Under the pieces are notes generated by a model. That model was not told the DNA's origin. It ran no database searches and was given only the letters and a program-made list of their open reading frames with translations. The translations under genes and the position numbers were made by a program. 64,000 nucleotides of DNA from assembly GCA_963705705.1 (NCBI GenBank), contig CAVPKK010000001.1, positions 1 through 64,000 of the forward strand. The letters run 5' to 3'. Origin of the DNA: an uncultured bacterium. GTDB taxonomy: Bacteria > Babelota > Babeliae > Babelales > JABCYS01. Numbering within the stretch: position 1 is the first letter of the stretch; every line of letters starts with the position of its first letter. Below, one piece after another: positions 39,821 through 48,474 of the stretch.

Positions 39821-41824
39821 TTATTCTGGTTCTTCTTTTTTTATCCGTTTACTTGGTTCTTCTTCTTCACCCCATAGCTGTCGTTTAGCTAAAAGGCGGC
39901 GTTGTTCTTCTTCTTCAGCCTTTACTTTTCTTTCGCGGGTTCTAACAGCGGCAGCTTCCATATCGGCTATATTTTGTTCCGCTTGTTTTCGCAATTGCGG
40001 ATTTGCATTCGGATCCGTAACAATCTGATTATAATAATCCCACGCAAACACAAAATCTTGTAATACACCTGGGCCGCCACGCATATATATATTACCGAGA
40101 AGTAGTTTGACATCTGGGCGATCTGCAATCGGCGCAAGATATCGCCGCGCCAAACCGAAATCCTGAATAACACCGTGGCCCCCGTTGTAAAAGATGTTAC
40201 CAAGTAAATACCGAGCTTGGGCCAGTTTAGCCGAACTAAGTTCGTTAGAATTTACCGCTGCTTCAAGATACATCACAGCATGTCCATAATTCTGTTGCTT
40301 ATCATAAACTAACCCTAGACCATATCGTGCTTCCGCAGGCAGATCATTTGGTATTAATGGATGGCGCAAGACCTTATCAAAATAATTTTGCGCCCGCCTT
40401 AAACTTTCTGGATCCCCAAGATTTAGATAATAATTCCCAAGAGACAGTTCGGCCCGAGCTTGAGAAACCCAATCCACCCCTTGTGCAGATACTGATTCCC
40501 AATAGCCGAGTGCCCGGGGCACATCTCGTTGTACCCCATGTCCATACAAATACATTGTACCCAAGAAGAAACGTGCTTTTTGCAAAGCATTCCAAGAATT
40601 TGCTGGATCAGGATTATCAATAACAGATTGGAAGTATCGCGCTGCTCGTGGATAGTCTTGCTCAACACCAAAGCCGCCCGTATAATAGATTTCACCAAGG
40701 AGCTCCTGCGCCTGCTGCCAGTAACCACCAGAACGTTCTCGCTGTATATGCTCAAAGATTTGGCTTGCCAGGGCATAATTTTTTGGGACGCCTTCACCTG
40801 CATAATAAATTTTCCCCAATGAAAGCGTTTTGGCAGCCCTTTTATCGGGAGCTACGGTACTGCGATTTATTGAAGCAAGCAAAGTACCAATTCTTCGATT
40901 ACGGGGAACACCACGAGGAAGAGTTAACTGCGGTATGGCAGCTTGCGGTTGGGCTGGAGCAGGCCGTGCCCGGGCGGGTTGCATTGGTGGCAGCAATACC
41001 TCTTGAACTTGAGATCGCGGTGCGGATACCCATTCACCGAGCCTCCGTTCACGGGCTTCTTTTTTGCGTGCCTCACTCATATTTTGATATTCATCAACTA
41101 CTAATCGAGTCTCAGGGTTGTTTCTAAAATCGGTTTCAGAAAAAGCTAATTGAAATCCACGTGTCGGATGGTTTGGATCATAACTAAAATATAGAATATC
41201 TCCGCTTATGTTGAGATTATTTATCGGGTTTGAAGGATGAACTACGCCAATTTTCCCCTTCAATGGATAATTATTACCAAAGCGCCATACATTAAATGAA
41301 TAAGCATCGTAGTAATGAATTAACATTTTGCCTGCTTTGTCATAGGTCACAACGCGGGCAATGATCATCGGGTCACCATGCTCTTGTTGTCGTTGCAATA
41401 TCTCGTTATAGGTTTCATGCGTCAATGGTTCATTATCGGCAAGATTTAATTCTTCTCCTCGGCCGCGAACCAATGTACTCATTACAATAGGAATGGTTTG
41501 TGGTTGCGCGGGCTGCACTGCTGGTTCACTTTCTGGTTGAAGGGCCACGGCAGCTTCTTGTTTTTTTTCTTCCGCAGCTCGCTCTTCCATTAGAGATCTC
41601 AACGCATCGCCTTGGGGTGCTCCTACCGTGTGCAAGCGACGTATTGCATCCTCTACCAACTGGCGAACATAGGGAGTAATTGTCGGTGACTGATGTATGA
41701 GTTTTACCATTCTGTCATAGAGATTTAACAAATATGGTGCGATGGGTCGTCCGGGCGCTGGCGCTGAAGTAGCTACCAAAGATAGTGGCAAGCATAGGAC
41801 GAAGAGTAAGTTAATTAGCTTCAT
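39821..41824 (-). CDS. Secreted Sel1/TPR protein with U-box-like domain and NLS-like tail (paralog of 26407)
   Basis: LGKIYYAGEGVPKN, LGTMYLYGHGVQRD; tail KRQLWGEEEEPSKRIKKEEPE. Confidence 0.85.
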   Translation of the reverse strand: MKLINLLFVLCLPLSLVATSAPAPGRPIAPYLLNLYDRMVKLIHQSPTITPYVRQLVEDAIRRLHTVGAPQGDALRSLMEERAAEEKKQEAAVALQPESEPAVQPAQPQTIPIVMSTLVRGRGEELNLADNEPLTHETYNEILQRQQEHGDPMIIARVVTYDKAGKMLIHYYDAYSFNVWRFGNNYPLKGKIGVVHPSNPINNLNISGDILYFSYDPNHPTRGFQLAFSETDFRNNPETRLVVDEYQNMSEARKKEARERRLGEWVSAPRSQVQEVLLPPMQPARARPAPAQPQAAIPQLTLPRGVPRNRRIGTLLASINRSTVAPDKRAAKTLSLGKIYYAGEGVPKNYALASQIFEHIQRERSGGYWQQAQELLGEIYYTGGFGVEQDYPRAARYFQSVIDNPDPANSWNALQKARFFLGTMYLYGHGVQRDVPRALGYWESVSAQGVDWVSQARAELSLGNYYLNLGDPESLRRAQNYFDKVLRHPLIPNDLPAEARYGLGLVYDKQQNYGHAVMYLEAAVNSNELSSAKLAQARYLLGNIFYNGGHGVIQDFGLARRYLAPIADRPDVKLLLGNIYMRGGPGVLQDFVFAWDYYNQIVTDPNANPQLRKQAEQNIADMEAAAVRTRERKVKAEEEEQRRLLAKRQLWGEEEEPSKRIKKEEPE

Positions 41825-41922
41825 CGGATCCTTTTGTTGTATACATTGCATTGTATATACAGCTTAAAGGATCGGAGCCGGCCAAAACAATAGTTGTTGA
41901 TGATTCGTAAAGAAAAATATAA

Positions 41923-42693
41923 TTATGGAAATACGTGAAGAGTTACGCGGTCATTTTGTGTTTTGAACCATTCTTTATAATCTTTTGAATGCTCTTCAAT
42001 CCATTTTAATGCTTCAGCCTTATCGTGCTCAAAAATCTTTTTCCACGAATTGATTTCACCAAAACAAGAGCACCCGTCATCACTCTTCTGACCAAGTTCA
42101 TAGGCTTCGATAATATCTTGTTCGTCATGCCCAAGGAGATGGCGTTTTAAATATTGGTTCTGAAGCCTGAGATATGTGGACTTATAAAATAATATTGCAT
42201 TCCTTTCTCCCTCAGGTAAATACAATAGTGAGTTATGCGATAAAGCAAATTCAATTAATGAAAAATTTGCGATTTCCTCTTGCGTCAGTTCTCGTGTAGG
42301 AAATAGCATATGCGTGATATGCAGCTCATTAAACAGTAATCGCATCGCCCTTTCTTTCAGTAAGGCATTCAGTTTGGGGCGGCCCTCATCACCATCTAAT
42401 AGCCAAACCTTCTTATAACCGGCTACCAGGTGGGCAATAATCGGCTCAATTTCTTTTTCGCCCATTGCAGCCGCATTCAGGCCTTCTTCTTCACACGTTA
42501 ATGTGCGGCATTGTTCTGGAGACGGTTGATATTTTTGGATTAATCGTAAAAAACGTTGCCGTGCATCCGCAGTTAACATCTGAGCGATATCAGGTCTCAT
42601 GGCAGAAAGTTTTGGGGTGGTTATCGGAATGACCTGCGTAGCAGACAACGATAAAGAAAATACTGAAACAATTGAGGTTACGATTTTTTTCAT
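41923..42693 (-). CDS. Secreted hypothetical protein, ~250-aa family copy 3
   Basis: Paralog of 36827 (Y.PS.E.CR.L.CE.E.LNA, LLGHDE, FE.DK.EAL.WIEEH). Confidence 0.8.
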   Translation of the reverse strand: MKKIVTSIVSVFSLSLSATQVIPITTPKLSAMRPDIAQMLTADARQRFLRLIQKYQPSPEQCRTLTCEEEGLNAAAMGEKEIEPIIAHLVAGYKKVWLLDGDEGRPKLNALLKERAMRLLFNELHITHMLFPTRELTQEEIANFSLIEFALSHNSLLYLPEGERNAILFYKSTYLRLQNQYLKRHLLGHDEQDIIEAYELGQKSDDGCSCFGEINSWKKIFEHDKAEALKWIEEHSKDYKEWFKTQNDRVTLHVFP

Positions 42694-42824
42694 TTTTACT
42701 TTCCTTTATGTTAAACCTTATTCTTATAATACTGGATCAGCTTGGGCAATAGCAAGCCTTTCCCGCAATGCAAAAGATTTCGATATTGATAAGCTACCTT
42801 TCCCTAATACAGATAAGGAAATAG

Positions 42825-44069
42825 ATGATTAGACGAGTTACCGGCACCCAAGACTTTTTAGACTTAACCTTACTTAATTTCATTCTTGAGCAATCCAAGA
42901 AATATCTAAAACTTCACCACTTCTCAGAAATTATGGTGCCAATTTTAGAGCCAACAGAACTTTTCAAACGATCGCTTGGCGTAGAAACCGATGTGGTAAA
43001 AAAAGAGATGTATCTCATCTCAGGGCACGAAGATATTTGTTTACGTCCTGAAGCTACTGCATCAACAGCCCGCGCCTTTGTAGAAAACGGGATACAAACA
43101 ACGCCCTGGAAAGTTTTTACCTGGGGGCCCATGTTTCGTCACGAACGGCCACAAAAAGGTAGGTACCGGCAATTCCATCAGTTAAGCATCGAGGTGATAG
43201 GTACGAATGCGATTGCCCAAGATGTGGAAGTTATCACCCTTCTCGATCGTCTATTTTCACAAATTCTTGCCTTTGATTCATATGCGTTGCTTATCAACTT
43301 TTTGGGCTGCCATGAAGATCGCGATGCTTTTAAAGTTGAGCTTCGAAAATTTTTAGAACTGCACGCAAATGAAATCTGCGATACCTGCAAAGTGCGCATG
43401 AATACTAATATTATGCGTGTCTTTGATTGCAAAAATGAGCATGATAAACAGCTCTATACTCAAGCACCACAAATTATTAAACATCTTTGCAAAATATGCG
43501 AAGCAGAATGGCAAGAACTTCAAGAGCTTCTTGAGCTTCTCAGCGTTTCATTTCATGTACAACCAACTTTAGTTCGTGGATTAGATTATTACCAAAAAAC
43601 CGTCTTTGAATTTGTATCTGGAAACCTTGGCGCACAGAATGCCTTCTGCGGCGGCGGGCGATATCACAAGCTAGTAGAAATTGTCGGGGCGAAAGAAGAC
43701 CAGCCGTGCGTTGGTGCAGCCATTGGCATAGAACGATTATTGCTGATGCTTGAACTAATAAAAGATAAATTGCCATTGCCACAGCAACCAGCAATTCAGG
43801 CGGTTATCCCTGTTGAAAAAGCGCAGCATGCAATCGCTTTGCTGGTTGGGCAAGAGCTCATTAAACATGGTATTTGTGCCCAGGTCATGATTGAAAACGA
43901 TTCGCTTAAAAGCATGATGCGCCAAGCCAATAGAATTGGCGCTCAACATGCCATCATCATTGGCACTGATGAACAGGCTAAAAAAGAAGCGCGCGTTAAG
44001 AATATGATGACGGGTGAAGAGCAAAGTGTGAAACAGGCTGAGTTAGTCCAGTTTTTGGGTAAAAATTAG
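42825..44069 (+). CDS. hisS: Histidine--tRNA ligase
   Basis: LRPEATA, MFRHERPQKGRYRQFHQ, LVRGLDYY, GGGRY, GIERL. Confidence 0.98.
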   Translation: MIRRVTGTQDFLDLTLLNFILEQSKKYLKLHHFSEIMVPILEPTELFKRSLGVETDVVKKEMYLISGHEDICLRPEATASTARAFVENGIQTTPWKVFTWGPMFRHERPQKGRYRQFHQLSIEVIGTNAIAQDVEVITLLDRLFSQILAFDSYALLINFLGCHEDRDAFKVELRKFLELHANEICDTCKVRMNTNIMRVFDCKNEHDKQLYTQAPQIIKHLCKICEAEWQELQELLELLSVSFHVQPTLVRGLDYYQKTVFEFVSGNLGAQNAFCGGGRYHKLVEIVGAKEDQPCVGAAIGIERLLLMLELIKDKLPLPQQPAIQAVIPVEKAQHAIALLVGQELIKHGICAQVMIENDSLKSMMRQANRIGAQHAIIIGTDEQAKKEARVKNMMTGEEQSVKQAELVQFLGKN

Positions 44070-44230
44070 ATACGTAAACTAGTTCGTTAACAAAGCAAGC
44101 AAACGCAGCAGAGTGTGGACTGTATCAAAAGTTGAGTTTCTTGCGGTCATTTCAGTAAAAACTCTTGATTTTTACCAGCACGACCTGCTACCTTTAAATC
44201 ATGATATGACAACAACATTAAAAGGATATC

Positions 44231-45352
44231 ATGATCAAGAGGAACATATTTCTGCTATTGCTCAGCTTTGTCTGTTCAGCACAGGCCATTTCTTTCCGCG
44301 ATTATTATCATGGCAATGCGGAATTAGGGATCCCATCACATGAAAAAGACATTGTTGAAGCGGTTAGATTAGGCTCATTGAATTTAAACAATAAAGACCT
44401 TACTGATTTGATTGGCTTCAATGAGATTCCTGGCCTTAACTTGCTTCGAACGCTTTTTCTCAACAAAAATCAGTTCTCTATTCTTCCGGAAAATATTTTC
44501 GATGGCCTAACTTCACTTCAGGAGCTCTACCTCTCCAATAACCAGCTCAATATGCTTCCTGAGAATATCTTCCGTCGCCTAACTGCACTTAAAATACTTG
44601 TGCTCTACAAGAATCAGCTCATTATGCTTTCAGAGAATATTTTCCATGGCCTAATTTCACTTCAGGCGCTTAATCTCGAGAATAACCAACTTATTGCGCT
44701 CCCGGGGAATATCTTCAGTGACTTGCCTGCGCTTCGATTGCTTTATCTCGGCGACAATCCAATACCTTTAAGCCAAGCACAATTACGTAAGGAACTAAGA
44801 TTGCCAGCCAATGTTTTGCTGGAATTTAAAACTCAAAAACAAGAGCGAGCAGAACAGGAACTGTTCAGATCCATTGAGAATGCGGATGTCTCAACATTGC
44901 GTAAGCGACTTGAAGCTATCAAACGCCGCAATATTCTCGGGCCTAAGATGCATACAATAGACATATCAAAAATACGAGATTCCCATGGCGATAATCTATT
45001 GCATGCGGCAATAAGAGATGCAGCCAAAAGAATTGGCATTGTAAATGCTATGACTATTGGTTTGCCAGAGAAGGAAAAGGCGGCGGCTAAAGAAGTTCAA
45101 GCTGAACAAAAAGCAAAGATTAATCAGAAGTACATGAAAATAATAAGCGTTATTCTCTCATGTGGCGAAAAATGCGTTCAAGAAATGCTCTTTACGCCCA
45201 ATGCTGAAGGTGAACAAGTTATTGATGCAATAATCGCCAAACTTGGATTAGATAGTCCAATATATACGGCGATAATCGACGCACTAACTCAAGCAAAAGA
45301 AGAGGAAAAGAAAGAAAAAGAACAAGAAACACAGGCCAAACATGAACTATAA
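44231..45352 (+). CDS. Secreted leucine-rich repeat protein with ankyrin-like C-terminal motif
   Basis: 24-aa LRRs LQELYLSNNQLNMLPENIFRRL; GDNLLHAAI. Confidence 0.9.
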   Translation: MIKRNIFLLLLSFVCSAQAISFRDYYHGNAELGIPSHEKDIVEAVRLGSLNLNNKDLTDLIGFNEIPGLNLLRTLFLNKNQFSILPENIFDGLTSLQELYLSNNQLNMLPENIFRRLTALKILVLYKNQLIMLSENIFHGLISLQALNLENNQLIALPGNIFSDLPALRLLYLGDNPIPLSQAQLRKELRLPANVLLEFKTQKQERAEQELFRSIENADVSTLRKRLEAIKRRNILGPKMHTIDISKIRDSHGDNLLHAAIRDAAKRIGIVNAMTIGLPEKEKAAAKEVQAEQKAKINQKYMKIISVILSCGEKCVQEMLFTPNAEGEQVIDAIIAKLGLDSPIYTAIIDALTQAKEEEKKEKEQETQAKHEL

Positions 45353-46445
45353 AAATACTATATTTCTACTATTGCTTAGCTTAGGCGGCTCTGCACAAGC
45401 CATTTCCTTCCGGGATTATTACCGAGGCAATGCGGATTTGGAAATCCGGCCACACGAGAAAGAAATTAATGATGCAGTTGCATCAGGCACATTGAACTTA
45501 GACAACAAACATCTCACTGATTTATCTGGCTTCAATGAGGTTCCTGGCCTAACTGCACTTCGAACTCTTTATCTCTCCTTCAACCAGCTTACTTCACTCC
45601 CACAGAATATCTTTCATGATTTAACTGGTCTTCGATCACTTTATCTTTACAACAACCAGCTCACTGAACTACCAGAGAACATATTTCATGGCCTGACTAG
45701 GCTTCAATCTCTGTATCTCTACCATAATCAGCTCGCTGCACTCCAAGAAAACGTCTTTCAGGGTCTAACAGCACTTCAAACCATTGATCTTTCTTATAAT
45801 CAGTTCACTTCAATGACAGCCAATATCTTTCGAGGTCTACCTAGACTTCAAAATCTTTATCTCGCCAACAACCCAATATCTTTAAACTCAGCACAATTGC
45901 GCAAAAAATTAGGATTGCCAGCCTATGTTTCACCTCATTTTAAAACGCCGGAGCAAAAGCAAATAGAACGAAGTTTATTCGCATCAATTGAGAATGCTGA
46001 TGTTTCGAGATTGCGCCAACGATTGTATGACATCCAAGTAGGCAAGGTACGCGCGCCGGAGCGAGGTTTTATAGATATCTCAAAGATACGGAATGCCAAG
46101 GGTGATAATCTGTTGCATGCTGCCATACGCGAAGCAGCCAAAAGAATTGGCATTGTACAAGCTATGACTGTTGGGCTGCCAGAAAAAGAAAAAGTTGAAG
46201 CGAGAGAAGTACAAGCCGAACAAAAAGCAACAATTAATGATCGCTATATGAAAATAATAAGCGTCATTCTGTCATGCGGTGAGGAATGCGTTCAAGATAT
46301 GCTCTTTACACCCAATGCCCAAGGCGAACAAGTTATTGATGCAATAGTCGCCAAACTTGGATTGGATAGTCCGATATATGAAGCGATAATCAAAGGGCTG
46401 ACACCTGAAGAATCCCCCGCTGCCACATCAGCCACCGACCATTAA
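45342..46445 (+). CDS. Secreted LRR protein, tandem paralog of 44231
   Basis: LRSLYLYNNQLTELPENIFHGL; highly similar C-terminal domain. Confidence 0.9.
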   Translation: MNYKNTIFLLLLSLGGSAQAISFRDYYRGNADLEIRPHEKEINDAVASGTLNLDNKHLTDLSGFNEVPGLTALRTLYLSFNQLTSLPQNIFHDLTGLRSLYLYNNQLTELPENIFHGLTRLQSLYLYHNQLAALQENVFQGLTALQTIDLSYNQFTSMTANIFRGLPRLQNLYLANNPISLNSAQLRKKLGLPAYVSPHFKTPEQKQIERSLFASIENADVSRLRQRLYDIQVGKVRAPERGFIDISKIRNAKGDNLLHAAIREAAKRIGIVQAMTVGLPEKEKVEAREVQAEQKATINDRYMKIISVILSCGEECVQDMLFTPNAQGEQVIDAIVAKLGLDSPIYEAIIKGLTPEESPAATSATDH

Positions 46446-47690
46446 TTTCTCAATTTCATCGGCGGAGCTTGGTAATTGTTCACTTAGGCATACATTGCCA
46501 CCGTTGACGATCCAATAATTATCTTCGATGCGTACGCCAAGTTCTTCTTGCGGCAGATAGATACCAGGTTCAATAGTAATTACATCGCCCTCTTGCAATG
46601 GTTCAGCCGAAGAGCCAACATCATGGACATCTAGGCCAAGGAAGTGCCCGATACCATGAGGCAACTCATAATTAGCTTTTTCTTTCAAAAATGCCCGAGC
46701 CAGATGATTTAATGATTTATCGGGCTCGTCTTTATTATTCAACCAATACCCAGGCGCTGCTATACCGGCAATAAACTGTTGGCAATCGAGCACGATGTTA
46801 TATACCTCGCGTTGTCGGTCAGAAAATTTGCCGCCGACCGGAAAGGTTCTTGTTAAATCAGCACAATATTGATCATACATGGCACCAATATCGACTACTA
46901 CCAGATCACCCTTTTTCATTTGCCGATTATTTTCTCGGTAGTGAAGCACCGTTGAGTTTATGCCTGAGCCTACAATGCTGGGAAACGCTGCGCCTTGTGA
47001 ACCAGCTTCAGTAAATACATATTCAAGTGCTGCCTGCACTTGGTATTCATAATTATCTGGTTTTATTACCCGGCTGGCGCCTTCATGGGCCATCATCGTG
47101 ACATCAACTGCTTGATAAAGCGCTTCAATCTCCGATGAATCTTTTTTCCGGCGCAGTTTAGCAATTTGGGGTGCAGCATCATGCCAATGAAGATTGGGAA
47201 TATAATTTGCCAATTGGTTCAACATGAACCGCTGTTCCATAAGCATGCATTTTGAAATCGTAAATAAATGGCGAGACTGCTCTACCGAACTGCGCAATCG
47301 TGCTAATAGCTGTTCATATTCTTCTGGATGTAAGAGCGGGCAGATTTCGAATGTTTTGCTTAATGCGCCTAAGAGTTTGATTTCAGCAACCTGAATCTGC
47401 TGAGCTACTTCTTCGGTCGGCAATAACCAGGTATGCATCCAAACGGCACGCTTGTCGCCATAATTGGGTAAATACAAAGTTGCTCTGCCATCAAGCTCTA
47501 ACCATAAAATAGTTGCGGGCTCTTGGATGCCCGTAAAATAGTAAAAGGAACTATCTTGGCGGTAACGATAATGTTCATGTTCGAAGCCGGCGAAAAGAAT
47601 AACGGCGCCTTGTTCAACGCCGAATGAAGTTTTGAGTATGTCGACGAGGGCGGCTCGTCTTTGGGCGAAAATTGAAAAGTCGGTAATCAT
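46428..47690 (-). CDS. pepP: Xaa-Pro aminopeptidase (M24B)
   Basis: YRQDSSFYYFTG, DLTRTFP, HGIGHFLGLDVHD, TIEPGIY, GVRIED. Confidence 0.93.
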   Translation of the reverse strand: MITDFSIFAQRRAALVDILKTSFGVEQGAVILFAGFEHEHYRYRQDSSFYYFTGIQEPATILWLELDGRATLYLPNYGDKRAVWMHTWLLPTEEVAQQIQVAEIKLLGALSKTFEICPLLHPEEYEQLLARLRSSVEQSRHLFTISKCMLMEQRFMLNQLANYIPNLHWHDAAPQIAKLRRKKDSSEIEALYQAVDVTMMAHEGASRVIKPDNYEYQVQAALEYVFTEAGSQGAAFPSIVGSGINSTVLHYRENNRQMKKGDLVVVDIGAMYDQYCADLTRTFPVGGKFSDRQREVYNIVLDCQQFIAGIAAPGYWLNNKDEPDKSLNHLARAFLKEKANYELPHGIGHFLGLDVHDVGSSAEPLQEGDVITIEPGIYLPQEELGVRIEDNYWIVNGGNVCLSEQLPSSADEIEKLMVGG

Positions 47691-47826
47691 GAATTCTCTT
47701 TTTTTAAAGGATGAATTTTATTTTTATATTACGGATAAAGTGGTCTTCGCGCTCTGATCCTTCGATTAACTCAGGATGAGCGCAGTTTAAGTATCTTTTA
47801 CCACAACTAATAAAGTAATGTAATTG

Positions 47827-48465
47827 TCAGAACGGCCGGCGTTCGGAAAGCGCTTTAAATACAGTCAACCTATCCATATATTCCAATGATGAACCAACTG
47901 GAATGCCCCGTGCAAGGCACGTTACTTTAATGGGGGCTTTTCCAATCTGATCTTGTGCGCCACCAGATAATTTAATCTTATGGATTTGGGAAGAAATAAA
48001 GGCAGCCGTTGCCTCGCCTTCGGGTGTCTGATTCGTTGCCAAAATGACCTCATCAATTTCATTGGCAGAAACCCGTGCAATCAATTCCTTAATAGTAAGA
48101 TCATCGGGATTAATACCATCGAGTGGGCTAATGGCGCCGCCGAGTACATGGTACACACCTTGGTAGCCACCGGTTTTTTCGATAGCAATAAGTTCTTGCC
48201 AGGTTTCGACTACACAAATGATTTTTTTATTGCGTCGTGGCGACTGGCAAAAAAGGCAATTACGATCTTTTTCTACCCAGGTAAAGCATTGCGGGCAATG
48301 GATAATATTCTCTTTTGCTGCTTGGATTGCATGGCAAAATTGCTCAGCTCGCTTAGCATCCATTGATAAAAAATAGGATGCTACCCGATAAATATTTTTT
48401 GAAGCAAGATATGGTACTTGCTGCAGTTGTTTGAGGAGAACTTGAAGTGATGGTACATCATTCAT
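47827..48465 (-). CDS. recR: Recombination mediator RecR
   Basis: C4 Zn finger, YHVLGGAISPLDG, TPEGEATA, LARGIPVG. Confidence 0.96.
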   Translation of the reverse strand: MNDVPSLQVLLKQLQQVPYLASKNIYRVASYFLSMDAKRAEQFCHAIQAAKENIIHCPQCFTWVEKDRNCLFCQSPRRNKKIICVVETWQELIAIEKTGGYQGVYHVLGGAISPLDGINPDDLTIKELIARVSANEIDEVILATNQTPEGEATAAFISSQIHKIKLSGGAQDQIGKAPIKVTCLARGIPVGSSLEYMDRLTVFKALSERRPF

Positions 48466-48474
48466 AATAAGACT

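Noticed and set aside
45341..45352. C-terminal KHEL as an ER-retention signal
   Set aside because: It does not fit the usual consensus, overlaps the next gene's start and is absent from the paralog
44400..45880. LRR variability as a diversity-generating retroelement target
   Set aside because: No reverse transcriptase and no template/variable repeat pair with adenine-specific differences in the window
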